This document shows positions 49,301-62,550 of a DNA stretch of 64,000 nt, in pieces. Below the pieces are notes generated by a model. The model did not search any database. It was given only the letters and a program-made list of their open reading frames with translations, and had not been told where the DNA came from. Where the stretch lies: NCBI GenBank assembly GCA_051294375.1, contig JBJCIZ010000016.1:31726-95725 (forward strand). The letters run 5' to 3'. Positions within the stretch are counted from its first letter, which is position 1, and each line of letters starts with the position of its first letter. The position numbers and the translations under genes are program-made. The DNA comes from Paraspadella gotoi (lineage: Eukaryota; Animalia; Chaetognatha).

Positions 49301-52300
49301 GAACTACAATAATAATGTTTACAATCGTCATTAGAACAAATTTTTCAGTGGATAATAACCTCTCGTATGCTTTGTTTTTAGAATGAGTTTAATCCTTCCT
49401 TTGTCATCGCTGATGCAAAACATTAAAAAAAAAAAAAAAAATTGACATTTTTTATTTACTAATTTTTCTCAAATGTTGTATAAAAAGTAATTATTTATAT
49501 TACTATAGTACTACTATAATTCCTCATTAGATCGTTCCCAGTCACTAAATTGATCGATTTAAGGCTTGAATCACTTTGAGTAACTTAATCTAAGATTAAG
49601 AATTGTACTGAATTTCTTCTAATTCCAACTGCATAAAATTAATAATATTTTTAGTAAGACCCATTGTTTAAGATTAATTTGGAAATCGTTCCATCGTCCA
49701 CGTCATGATGAGTCCAATTTAAACTATCTCCACAGTTAGCTTGGTTGATAAGATTGAAAAACTAAGTTAGTAACCCTGAGTAGAGGAGTTATTTGTTTAA
49801 ATTAAAGAATGTTTTATCGTGTTCGTGATAGCTTGAAGTACTTATGGCATGATCATGAAAGACAGTTTGCTGAATTACATTATTTTTCTTTCTCTCGCCA
49901 GTTAAGACTAAATTTATTTAACGAATTTTTATTTTATGTTTTTATCGTCCGTTTCGTGTTAATAGTTTAAATTATTTTTTAACAGTAGTTAAATTCTTAC
50001 AGTTCAGCTGATTAAAATGTCCGTTCTGTTTGCGCTTAATAAACGAAAAGAGGTTTTATGAGGCCATCGTGACGCCAATCGCCGATGTTTGATGATAACA
50101 AAAGCAATGACGATGGAATGTTGCCCTTTCAAAGCATGAAACAGTGAACGAACGGATCGCAAGCCAAAGAAAAGCATCAAGGCTGTTGCTAAATCTTCGA
50201 GATGCAGCACAGAGGATGGTGATGATTAAGGCCATGAAGGATAGACCTGAAATAGTATGAAAAGATTTCTACTGATGCCGAGACGTTGGATCGGCTTCGT
50301 CCAGAACCAGAAGCCGAAAACGTCGGCGACTTCTTCATGGGATAGGTGTAGTAAATAGACATGATTATTAAGTTTAGTAGATTCCAGTTTATGGAACCCG
50401 TTGAAAGTTAGAACCTCGTCTTAAACTCAAATTTGTTTTAAAATTCCATCGTTAGTATGTTAAGAGAATTTAAATATTTTTTTAGAACAAAGTCTGGATT
50501 GGTAGATATTAAAGTTTATTAAACTTTTCAATGTTCGTTTTTCTTTTCAAGATTAATAGGGTATTTGCAACTAACTTTATCGCTTCTCGCTCCCGCTCGC
50601 TTTCGGATTGTTAATCATTCCTCCTCGGTTCGTCGTCATTGTAAATGGTAATACCTAGGTTAATTGAAATTTAAAGATAGTGAAAGGTCCGTAATGTACA
50701 TAGAGTATAACCATGTATATTTTAAATCAGAATCGCTCTGTCGGAATCGCGAGCGAAGTTTTTCGGCCGCGAAGGAAGGGCAAAACGGATTTTTCGTTCT
50801 TTCGAATGGCAAAGAGAGAAAGGACGCGGTCGACTTCGGCGCCAACGGAATACGGACGTCGCCATTGAGAACTGAGAAAATGTCATCGTCGGTTCCGTTG
50901 CACGACTTGTGTCCTGGAGCGGCAACTTAAGAAAAACCCACCGGAGGAATTAGACGACTCAAACAATAGGCATGGAGTGACTCTTATACTTGTGTTGCTT
51001 TTCAGTTACAAAACTTTGGTCATGTTAGGCATTTAGGCAAATAAGTAAAACGTTTAAGAATGAGCAACATAATAAATAAGTAACTTTTATTCTGGTTTAT
51101 TAGTCTCTATTTGAGTAAGTAATTTAAGTTCAGCTCCTTATAAGATTTCTTATTTTAGAGTCAGTCGGATTGTATGATGTCCTCTACATTGGAAGAGATT
51201 AATTAAATAATTAGTTTAATTTAGTTAATTTAAGGAAGAAAGTTTTAATTAAGTTGTATTTTTTTTTAAATAATTGTGTAAAGTCAATCGTAAGCTTAAT
51301 TGAATATGTTAGTTTACTATTGACATTTTTTTTTTCGTCGCCTCTTTGTTCATGTTAGGTTATTTTCCAAATTGAAATTAACTATCCTTTAATCATATAG
51401 ACTCTCTCGTCTGTTCATTGCAAAAGTATCTGTTTACGGGCGTAGAAATATGGCGCGAGCATTCCTAGTTTTTTTCATCGCGAAATGATAGCTGTCTCGT
51501 ATCTCCCTGAGAAACATGGATAAGTTTCATGAAAATCTACGACCGGATTGTGCGATCCAAGGAAGACGAGTTGTTCCAGCTTTTGGAGAGGTTGGGGATC
51601 CCAAGAACGAGGACAAGGCCAAGTTCCAGCAGAATTCGTGCAATGTTCAGATTGGGAGAAGAGGCCGAAGACGAAAATCAACGGCACGATCCGGGAACTC
51701 ATTCATTAAAAAGAATGAAATAATAAACTTGTTGGTAACCAAAGTTGGTTAATTTGAACTAGTTTTCTTTTGGTTTGATCTAATTTAAATTAAATAAGGT
51801 TCTATTGCGTAATATTGGATCAATGAGTGAGACTTTCGTCAGGCATTGGTGCCAGAACCTTGTAGTGTTATGCAATAAAAGAGAATTACGTTTGGATTAC
51901 GTCATAAGTTTTAGATTTTTTTGGGAAAATCTAATCTGATATTTATGTCCGTAATAAAAAATGTTAATTATAGGATATTTTTGGTCGATTTTTCCGTGAA
52001 TGGTTTGAATTAAGTTGCTTAGTTAAATTTAAAATCATAGTCGTGAATAAGATAATTAGTTAAATAATGAAATAATACTTCAATACTCTTTAAAAAGTTT
52101 TATAGAATTTCTACTTGCCTGAATTTTCATATTGAAAGATGTTGTTAAAATTCCCAAGAACCAGTTGAGAGTAATAACGTTATTTTGGGAGCAAGATTAA
52201 TTGGGGGCTATCATTGAAAGTGGGGGAGTCGTTGAGCACTCAAGAGATGAATCCAGCTCCGTGGGCAATAGACAAAGAGGAATTACGTTTGGCAAGAGAA

Positions 52301-55300
52301 GCCTGAAATGAGAAGAATCCTGGCAAGAAGCAAAAAGCTGAGAGGGAAAGAATTAGGAACATTCGGGAGGAGTGATACTATCAATCAATGTAATAGACCT
52401 TGTCGGCCTTGATCGATGATTGTGATAGCGTAATACAATTGGTATGGTATTGAATTTTTTTTTTTTTTTTTTTTGATTCTAAATATTTTTCGCGAGAGAA
52501 ATTTTTGTCTATTTTTGCTTGTTATTTGATTTGACAGGATTTAGTGACTTTAAATAGTAATGGTCTTCTAAAAGAGTATTTAACGATGGCGATCCAGAAA
52601 TAAAATTGGCGCGTTGCGTCAGAGGCTTAAGTGATCCACTGAGAAGTGGTCCACGTCACCGCCCGGACTCAGGGAATCATTCGCGGTCGGGTGGCATCTC
52701 TTTGATTGGATACACAGAATATCAACCATGAATAACCGAGGGGTTTCAGTCCTCATTCCGGAATTCGATTTTGGGAGCTGGGGAGTCAAGTAGCTCCAAG
52801 CCCGCGTAAATGAAATCTTGGCTACGGTAATCTAGCAGATTGTTTTAATTGAAAAACATTTCTCACGATTAATGAATGAAAATTTTATAAAGCTTTCATT
52901 GTAATCTTGTTGATAACTCGGATTAAAAATTATTAATTATAATTAAATAAAATATTAAAATTAATTTAAAAAAATTGCCCCTATTGAATTTAATTTCATA
53001 GTAGATTTATATTTCTTATAGCAAAAGAAAAGTCGTCTGTACCATAATTTTTTTTTTAAGTTGATTGAGGATTTTTTTTTTTTTTTGTAGTCAAAACCTG
53101 TATGAAAAATTTCGGTGCTTGTCATTTTTACTATTACGCATGATCTTTATCTCTTGTGCAGATTTCATTGTCTGTTTTCTTCTAGCGAAATCCGTAAAAA
53201 TGAACAAATTTGAATTCAAGAGAAGCAATGACATTTGCTGATGCGGCAGCGAGAGAATCTTTTGCAATGCAGTGAGTAGACTTGAGGAAGCGAAACCGGT
53301 CGGTTTTTCGTGCGGCGAAATTGATGGGTATTGTTTGGATAATCTGGAAGTCAAAGAACGGATGTAAGTAAAACGAGGAAGAGAATTAGGAGTTTACAAT
53401 GATAAATAATTGTTTTTTGTCACGTCAGGGTAATTACGTGCCATTGGTGGGAGTGGGTTGAGGATCTTCCGACATTAAGCAGGATGTGCAGTGATAATTG
53501 CCAAGACTCGTTCGTACTCAGCTCTCTGGTCCAAGATTTAAACTGTTTAGAATTTTTTAAAAAACTCCATTCGTGATGTGACGTGAACGTGACGCGATAT
53601 CTCAGCTTTTTATTTGTGTGTCTTTTTACAGGGTTTTAGCAATTGATTTTGAATTTGTGAAATTTAAACATTACATTCGAGAGAATCGTGAGATCTGTGG
53701 AATTCTAAGAGTCGAACCAACTTTATAATCAAGATGGATCCAGTCACGACTGAAGTCGCGTCAATTGAAGCTGAATCGGCTAATGATCATGGCGTTGTTA
53801 GCTCAGCGCGGAGTGGAAGCAGGCGTGAAGACGGACGATGAAGAAAGATCAGGGCCAAAAGCATGCTCTGCGGGCACAAACGTCTAACAAGAAACCTTCC
53901 GGTTCTGTTTTTACCATTTTCCAAAAGCCGATCCTTTGGTTGATGAGACGTGTGGAGACCGAATTATGAGAGCCCCTCAATGACGGGAAGGGAAATTTTT
54001 ATGGAAATATTTGGCGAGTGGTTCGACATGCCACAACTTAAAATCATAGAGGATATATAAGTTGAACGACTATTACATTAATGTTACCTTTTTAGTTTGA
54101 TTCGCGCGATAAATTTAATAGAAACTGGTTTGTGATGTTAATTTTAAATGCGTCATGTCATTAATTGTTATGTAACTGATCGTTAACTAAGATTGTATTT
54201 CCGTATTAAGTTGGGGCTTAACGGGAGTCTGCCTCCATGGGACTGAAAAAAAAATTTAAAAAGAAAAAGAAGTCGTCCCCGATTTGGTCATTGATCCTTC
54301 TCCCGGGGTACAAGGAATGGCAACAACCCAAAATTTTTTCTAGATATCAACTTTTTGAGATATAGCCTTAAAGGTGAAAATTTTCAAAAAGGTCTCTCTC
54401 TCAAACCAATAGATAGCCTTGTAAGACTTTGGTATTAGTAATTTTAATCATGATCTAACAAATTGGTAGTATGCTTTTTTTCTATTCTCAAAATCTTATG
54501 AATAAGTCAAATTAAAAATAGAAAAAAAATATTTCAATCTTGTAAAGGTTATTTTCCTAATGAAAAACAAAAACTGATTGGCAAAATGGATACTCGCAAA
54601 TTGTAGCCTAAGTATATGAATTGACGGTTAAATCCATTAACTCGAGTTTTGTCTTAACTTACCCTCAGGAGAGACTTTCTTCGACTGCAAATTTAAAAAA
54701 TTTTAAAATTTGGAAAATGAGCTTATTGACTAGGAATCACTCTCAGAACGATTTTTAGAAAGCGCCCATGAAAAAAAAGTGCAAAAAAATATAAATTTGA
54801 ACAAAATGAAATTTAGTGAAAAAAATCTGGAATCCAGCGATTTTATTTTTTATTTTTTACTTTTTGGGTTTACGTGTTTTTAAGTTTTTGAAATAAAAAT
54901 TTTGGTTCTCTTTTACAAATATGGGCTTACGTATTTAAGTTTTTTACCAAAAATTTTTTTTCTAATAACCTAAATGGAGATATGTATATCATTATATATA
55001 AATTTAGACAAATAAAAAATAAAAAAAATAAATTGTGAATCAAGTCAATATCAAAACAGAAGCAAAATGTAAATAAAATTAGTGCAATATCTTTATCATG
55101 AGGTGAGAATATCTGGTTTCTGTTCCATTTTTCGAATGGCAAAACGAAGAAATGTTCATTGCTTACGTTATTTTTCGGATTCCCATTAATTTTCATGCAC
55201 TGAGTAGTCAGAAGAGGACCATAACTCCTGTTTGTCTGAACTGCCACGAGAAAGAAAGCCAGAAATAGAAAACAAAAGAAGATGGAACAAATTTGAAAAT

Positions 55301-55799
55301 GACAGATGTGTTAATCAAACTTTATAATTTTTTTTAAGGTTAAAGCATTGTGGATAAGGCGCTACGTGAGCCTGAAGAAGACTGTCCTTAACTTCTATAA
55401 CCCCCTCTAGCAGCCATGGAAACGGGTCCCTGGCTTGGAACCAGGCTTGGAAGGGGTGCCATGCCCGCAAGGCGGCTTACGGTCGTCCTTCACGCTACCA
55501 GCAGGGTAGGTTACCTACGGTTAGGAATTGAACCCGTACATAGTGGTCATGAGCCAACCGGTCAGGACGAAGGTGGTCCATGCTTATAGGCGGGGTGAAA
55601 CCTAGGCAAGCCCAGCTACAAAGCGCACAAAAAATGGTGAGGTGGCCAAATTTGTATTGCTGTGGAAGGGCTAATGAATAAATCTCATTGATTGATTTAC
55701 TGAATGTTATTGCAAGACCTAAAAGTAAAGCGATGTTCTAAAGTCAGGAGATTACCATAGGTTTATTTATAATTGATCACTTATACATTGGTTGTTATA

Positions 55800-55987
55800 T
55801 GTGGAACTAAAATCCACCAACCAAATTCATCACAGAACATTGGTGCCGGAGGCAAGTCATTCGCACTCCCAACCCAAAGGTCCGGGGGTTCTAGACTGGT
55901 GGACGCCTAAGCAGTTTAAAGGGACGGGGCGCTTAACCCGCCTGTACTCGTGTTACAGCTGATCCGAAAGCTCAGGGACTGCTTATA
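55800..55987 (+). mobile_element. tRNA-derived SINE with a structured tail, copy 2
   Basis: Homologous end to end with 33480-33665. Confidence 0.7.
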
Positions 55988-56495
55988 TGCCCAAAACAAT
56001 TTCAATTACTTATATTGCATCAAGTCTTAATATTTTGTCCATGATAACCAGACATAGTATGTTTGTTATTGCTTTTTAATTTACCATTGGAAGAATGGAT
56101 TTCTTGATGACTAATTAGATTACTATACTACAAAAAATTTTAAATTTTTCTTTTTGGGCAAGTTTGGGGTGCAGAGGAGGCGTTCTTGGTCATTTTTGAT
56201 GCCGGTAAAAGGAGCTAATTGGCATCCAGAACCTTTGTTAATGAAAAAAGCAGGGAGTTTTAAATCTGTTTACAGAGATTTCCATCATACTTATAAAATA
56301 ACTTAATAGGGTGTGGAGATTTGTCTTGGTATTCCACAAAAACTCTCCTTAGCATAGATCATCTACTTATTAACAATTATATGATTGTTGCAATTTCTTA
56401 CTTGATTTTCTATTGTTGTCAAGATTTGAGAAGAATCTTCCCAGTGTGGCGGTAGTGATTTATATCACGCCTACTATTGTAAGAATCTGTAGTAC

Positions 56496-56954
56496 CATAT
56501 TTATACATAGTACTCGACCATAATAAATGTTAAAATTTCTTATTTTTGAAAGTAGATTTCGAATCCTCACAAAAGTTGATAAAAGAATTTTAAAATTTAA
56601 AAAATTATTTTATTAAGGGGCCAAAATGTTAAAAACTATTAATTATTAACCTATATTTATTTTAGTATAAAAAATTAGTTTCTTAATTTTTAGCTTAACT
56701 TACATGAGAATTTTGATTAAGACTTTTTCTTTTATCAACTTTTATGAATGAATAAGACTCTGCTTTCAAAACTAAAAAAAAAAACCCATTTTTAAATTTT
56801 GAACATGTTCCTATGGTAAGTACTTGTATAAATATGGCGTATGCGAAAAATTATCAAAATATTTAAAAAAAATTTATATATCAATGTCCTTTAGTACAAA
56901 ACTGTTTCATAAACAACTATTCAAATTTGATCTGCAACTTTCACTACGCCTTAC
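56496..56954. mobile_element. Palindromic MITE-like repeat
   Basis: ccatatttataca (56496) is mirrored by tgtataaatatgg (about 56825-56837). A related copy lies at about 30130-30420. Confidence 0.5.
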
Positions 56955-59900
56955 TTTAACTAGGTATAGATTAGGTTGTTGACTTATAATGTTGGTTCTC
57001 ATCAATAAACTGCCATAATTTTTTTGGAATGTCACTGGTGAAAGAAATATTTAATTTTACAGAAAATAATACACCAAACGTTTCTTTCTCAGCCTAGAGG
57101 ATAGCATAAACAAAATTTTTTGAATCGAACAATCATTTGAATAAAGCAATTTCTTTATTTAACAGTCAACAGCTCACCACTTAAGTTAATACCGATAACA
57201 ACACTTGATTCAAATGTTTGGGTTGAATTATTAAATGTATACCAATATATATTATATATATTATATTTATATAGTTATTTGTATGATTCCAACTAATATT
57301 GGTATGGTTATTTAAGACAAAGGATAATTTGATTATAACTCCTTATGATCATTATAAATTGATAAGTCAACTTTCACAGGAACATTTCAATTTTTCAAAG
57401 TAACAATAAACTATTGTTTTCTTTATTGGAACTACTACTAAAATTACTACAATATAATGATTAATGAGGGAAACGTTTGTAATTTGGAAACATGATTTTG
57501 ATTTATTTCAATTTTTTCTTTTGGATTCCAAGCCACTTTTATTCAATTTTTAATAAAACCACAGATTCTTCTTTTGAGGCCTTGGTCTGTCTAAACGCTT
57601 TGACATTGCAATTGACTGCTATATTCAATACACATAGTTCTTTATATTTAGGGAAAAAAATGATATTATTTCTCAACTGGAATTTTAATTTCCATGGTAA
57701 ACTGATGCACTAATACTAAATAAAGCCCTTATACCTCCTGTTGTAAACGTCTTCACCAAAAATGTCAAAATTTTCAAGACCACCAATGATCAAATCAAAA
57801 CTGCAAATTATAAAATAATTTTTTATATATTAATTAATACTTCATTGAATTTTGAAATGTTACCTGTCACTGAAAATTGCAGCCCAGGCACCCAATATAG
57901 GGAACCCCGCCTGTAGTTAGAAAACAATCGAAAGAATAGTTTTAGTAAATATTACTATTCTTACAAACATCATTATCATAAATTATTTATAGACCATTTG
58001 AAAATGGCATTTCATATTTTTAAAAAACTGTTATCCTTGCTGTAAGTAAATCCTGGGAGTAGGAACTCCAGAGCTTGACTCAAGCGAGACCGTGAATTAC
58101 CATCTTTTTTAAAAAAGGTCGCGTAAAAACATTTAAATTCAAATATTTTTAAAACTATAATTGCTTGATACTTAGACAATAATATGAACCTTCAAAAGCT
58201 TTTGGAAATAGTTATCTTTGTCTTTGATGATAATGTCCATATCATTGCTTTAATCTTTGCCTCAATATGATATCATGCATCATTGCTGGAGATGTCATCT
58301 TCATCACACTGTTGATATCAGGATTATTGCTAGTAATGTCATCTTCAAGGATTTCTTTGTTTGAAAAAACCCTTAACATTTAAAACAAGTAAAAAATTAG
58401 TTATTGTGATAATTTCGGGTGTCAGGGTAAATTCCTAAACTAAGCTTGATTCATAAAAATGCTGTACTACTAACTATTAAACTACTAATAAAATTTTAAA
58501 AAGTTCCAAAAACATTTAAATTAACTCCAAAATCAATGTCTTTCATATTAACTTACGCAAGATGTACTAAGCCGATCCTTACTCTTCACCAGAATTTCTT
58601 TCATGATGGGGACTGAATCTGTTTCTGATTCTCGTGATACAAGGTATAAACATATAGAAAGCATTTTTTCAATTTGTCTTACTTGATTGGAGGTTCTATC
58701 ATGAAACGTCATCCATTTTGAAAAACTCTTTGTCCGAAATAAATAAAAAAAACTTTCTTTCCAAAAAATAAAACAAAGAAAAAAAAATAAAAAAAATAAT
58801 TGAGGGTACGAAAGAATCAAGAAGGTAACAACTTTTCATCTAAAGTTTTCTCTGAGTAATTCCGGATGAAGCATCCCTTCATTACGTTCACTGCTTTATA
58901 TCTGACTAAATCATTATAGATTGTTGTAAATTTTTGGCTGTAAAGCAGAAAAAGAAACAACCAACTTTTATCACCTAAAAAGCATCTCCTGGGGAAAAAA
59001 CTAAAACTAAATTTATGCATTCAAAACGGAAATTCAGGACTTTGGCCACATTTTGGGAGTATCGATTTTTGTAATCAATCAATGCTCTAAATGTTGAAAA
59101 AGACGAGTGCAGAATTGAGGGTATTTTTCTATTATTTTATTGACTTACATCAAAGATTTTGAAAATGGACTAAAATGCTACTAAACAAATTGTCAGTCAT
59201 GATTCGAAGTAAGTATGACCAAAGACTAATTGGGCTCCGTTAATTGCTTTCAGAGAGAGGTACCTTTAGAAGATTTGGCCACTTTAGAACCTTATATCTG
59301 GTAAAGTTGAGATCGAGAAAAATTTTGGATTGGCGCATCTTGTACCCCCGGAAAAGGCGAATTAATGACGCAATGCGGGACAAAGTTTTTTATTTCGTTA
59401 AGTTTTTCAATTTTTTTTTTCAAATCTTATGACAGACTCCCGTTAAAGTGAAGTATTTGAGTTGGGTTTTTTATTTAGCGTGAATTTAAAAAAAAAGTTA
59501 TTTTTTCACTAAAAATGGAGTCGAAGTTATTAGAAGCAATAGAAGTGAATAACATCTAGCTAAAGATTCCTAACGACAGCTACTGAATGAGTGGGTTAAC
59601 GGGAAGTAGTTTGACTAAGAGTTAAAAGGCTTTAAGACTCATGAACGAGATGTCCGCGGAGAAATGATTCATGAACGGGGTGAACTCGATTGATCCAGAA
59701 AGAAGTTGAAGTTCGAGTCGCCAGAAATGCATAAGTTAAAGGAATCTCGTATAGAAACTTGTATTAGTGATAGTTTTTAGTGTTTTGCTTAATTTTCTAT
59801 GACGTTTAGATACATTATTAAATTTGTTTTGGTCGCGTTGTCTGAAATAGTTAATGTTTATTTAAATGTTTGGCAGTTGTAGCCGTTATCAGCTCATAAA

Positions 59901-60416
59901 ATAAAAGATGGGAGCGCGAACTCACTATGTTGAGGGCTTTTTGAAAAGTGCTGGACGCTTCAAGAGGCGAATTGTTTTGCTGTGAAGCCTACTTTTTACG
60001 TTTGAAAGTTCCCAAGACTCGAAACGCGCTTGGCGTGGCTATTTCCAAGGGCAATGGCGGCTTCACCGCGAGGCTATGAACGAAGATAATAACTTTCAGC
60101 GTTGGCTGGGATCCACCACTCGATACTATTTTCCCAGAACTGAATGAATACGAAATAGTTGGATGGACAGATTGGCGCGTTTGAAGTACCCTCCCAGGAA
60201 TATGATGATTTAACTATAAGTTCTTAGACGAGTCAGAGTGACAGACCAAGGGACTAAATGAGTCAAATTTCGTGATCGCGCACACGTTGAAAATATTTAT
60301 CTGTTTCAAAGGCTAAAATTTTCATTGTTCTTGAAACAAATTTTTTTTTTTTGAAATTTGATATTCTATTTGCTATTGTTTTGTTTAACCANNNNNNNNN
60401 NNNNNNNNNNNNNNNN

Positions 60417-62550
60417 AATCAATCCTCTTGTCCTTACCATTAAACTTTAATTTTGGCCTCCTCTGATGCATCATCGTGAAAGCTAGATGTTGGGTCTGAA
60501 TGGAACAAAGCTGGGCAAATGGTCCGCCTTCAGTATCGGTCACAACTGTGCCTGTCTGTGTGGATAATGGACTGCCTTTGAAAATCTCCGTAACCTTGTT
60601 TGTGGCGAAATCAGACGCGAAGCACTCGAAACGACCGGAAACCCTTGCTGAGACACATAAGAATTAGATTGGGTGGGAGGAAAATCAACCTGAGTCGCAG
60701 AACAGACAGACTGTCTTTTTTCAACTCTTGGAGCGTCCCTAGAAACACACGGACTTGTTTTAACTACGGACGGCGAGTCGATGAACGAGCCATTGTGCGA
60801 TCCTCTCGGTGTAACCCGTTGTTTCCTAGAAGTATTCGTTGAAACATTCACGGATCTTTCTAATCTCTGATCCATTTGGTTTATTTCCCTTTCAATTTTT
60901 TCAATTTCAGCTTTTCGTTCGAGTTCAGTTAATTTTATTTTTCTAAGGATTCTTTCTACGTCAGCTTTTTTCCATTCAATTTCCGTTCAATCTTGCAATT
61001 TCTTTCCGAGTCGATCAATCTCACTCGCTTATTGGCTACCTTTGTAGTCCCTTTCTGCTCGAGGCGAATCGTGCGTACGGAGCGTTTACCCCGAGTTTAT
61101 TTAGGAGAAGAATGACAGCTCCTCCGCTAGCGTAGAAAAATGCGCAGAAAGCGTCGCATGTGGGCCATGAGAGAATTGTCAAGCTAGAAACGATCCGAAT
61201 TCTGCGATTTTTCGGGCCGGCGGCGGCGAGGAACAGAAACAAATCATGGTTTGAAAGCAATTAGGAGGGGAGGAGGAGCTGAGGAAGAGTCAAGGACGGA
61301 CTAGCGGAGATTAACTGGAACGGGTGTTGGGACAGAAGACCTCTACTCGGTCCAGCTCGATACAATCGTAGCCACATCCTCTTTCCTCACCTTTCCCCTT
61401 CTAAACTATCATTAAATGACCCTCCATCGCAGATACGGCGGTTCACAGATAAATAGACAGTGTGGTCAATAGAGCCGAGAAAACAATATAGCGGTGCGTG
61501 AATTGAACTACGGTTGAGGATCTAATATACGATTTAACTCTATCGCTTCAAAAACAGGAATAGGAAAACACGAATAATTCCGATATAAAACCACGTACAC
61601 GAAACTCGGACTTGCTCTTCGGGCACGGACTGCCCTCTGAAAACTGTGGACGGACGTCGGGATCACTTTGGGCAACTCGAGTGCCTGTTTCAAGTTAAAT
61701 CTCTCAGCTGTTTTGTTAATTTTCATTAACAAAATTCTCGTACTCGCTCTTTCGACTATTGTTAGTTTTTATCATTAAAATAATCTTCATTAACGAGCGG
61801 CCCAAAGACTTGGACTGATCACAAAAAATTTCCACCTTGGTTCCCTCGACGTGGACAGACTAAACTCGGATTAACGCTCTGGTAGGATTTAAGTCCGGAC
61901 TATTTTTAATTTTATCACTTAAGCCCAAAAAGCATCTATCATGCATCCAAAGATCCAAGTGGTCTGTCACCTTGGCTCGACAAGCTATGCAGTTGTCGTT
62001 TTTTAAATACACCGTTCCGAGCTCACTCGGCCCAAGCTACACGAAGGCAGGATAAATTTTACCCAGCGTTTTAACTCTTAGGAGTTTTAGTTTTTTAGGG
62101 ATCAATTGAATAGAATGTAGAAATGGGTAAATTGATCTTCTTATGCCTATGATTTTATTTTCCCGCTGCGTTTTTCTAGGAGATGATTAGAACTTGGAGT
62201 ATCTATAAAGGGGCCAAAAAACCCTATTTTAAATATAATCCAATGCACAAAAGTGACCATAAGAAGAGAGCGCGGAGTTAAATTCCTAAAAAGGTGGTCA
62301 AAAATGTTAGTGGGGTGAGGACAGAAAATCTCCCTAACTTATTACAATCGTCTTACTGATGAATCCTATCCACTCCCAGGCCTTTCAACAAAATGGCAGC
62401 AAAATATTCCTTCCGAAAAATCCTCAAGAGACGCTGAGGAATCGGGAATCACTAAACGGATTTTTCTAGGGCAAGGAATGTTTTGACAAAAAGAGCAACG
62501 GCTAATTTCCCGATTCCTTAGGCATCGTGTGTGCAGGCGCTCGCGCAACA
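60417..62550 (-). mobile_element. Second BEL/Pao copy: 5' LTR (62116-62550) plus leader and gag start, cut off at an N-gap
   Basis: Reverse complement of about 39359-41510 with many small indels. Confidence 0.85.

Larger units (their letters stand above)
54222..59442. mobile_element. 5.2-kb DNA transposon with a TTAA target-site duplication and long imperfect TIRs (Sola3/Kolobok/piggyBac-type target)
   Basis: TTAA|cgggagtctg...cagactcccg|TTAA. Inverted similarity continues for about 190 bp (ccggggtacaag, aaaatttttt...gatatcaacttt, ctctctct). Decayed minus-strand exon fragments lie at about 57730-58990. Confidence 0.8.

Noticed and set aside
39359-62550. DIRS-like element with inverted LTRs
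   Set aside because: The pol is BEL/Pao with a DDE integrase, the inverted arms include leader and gag sequence, and the right arm starts at an assembly gap.
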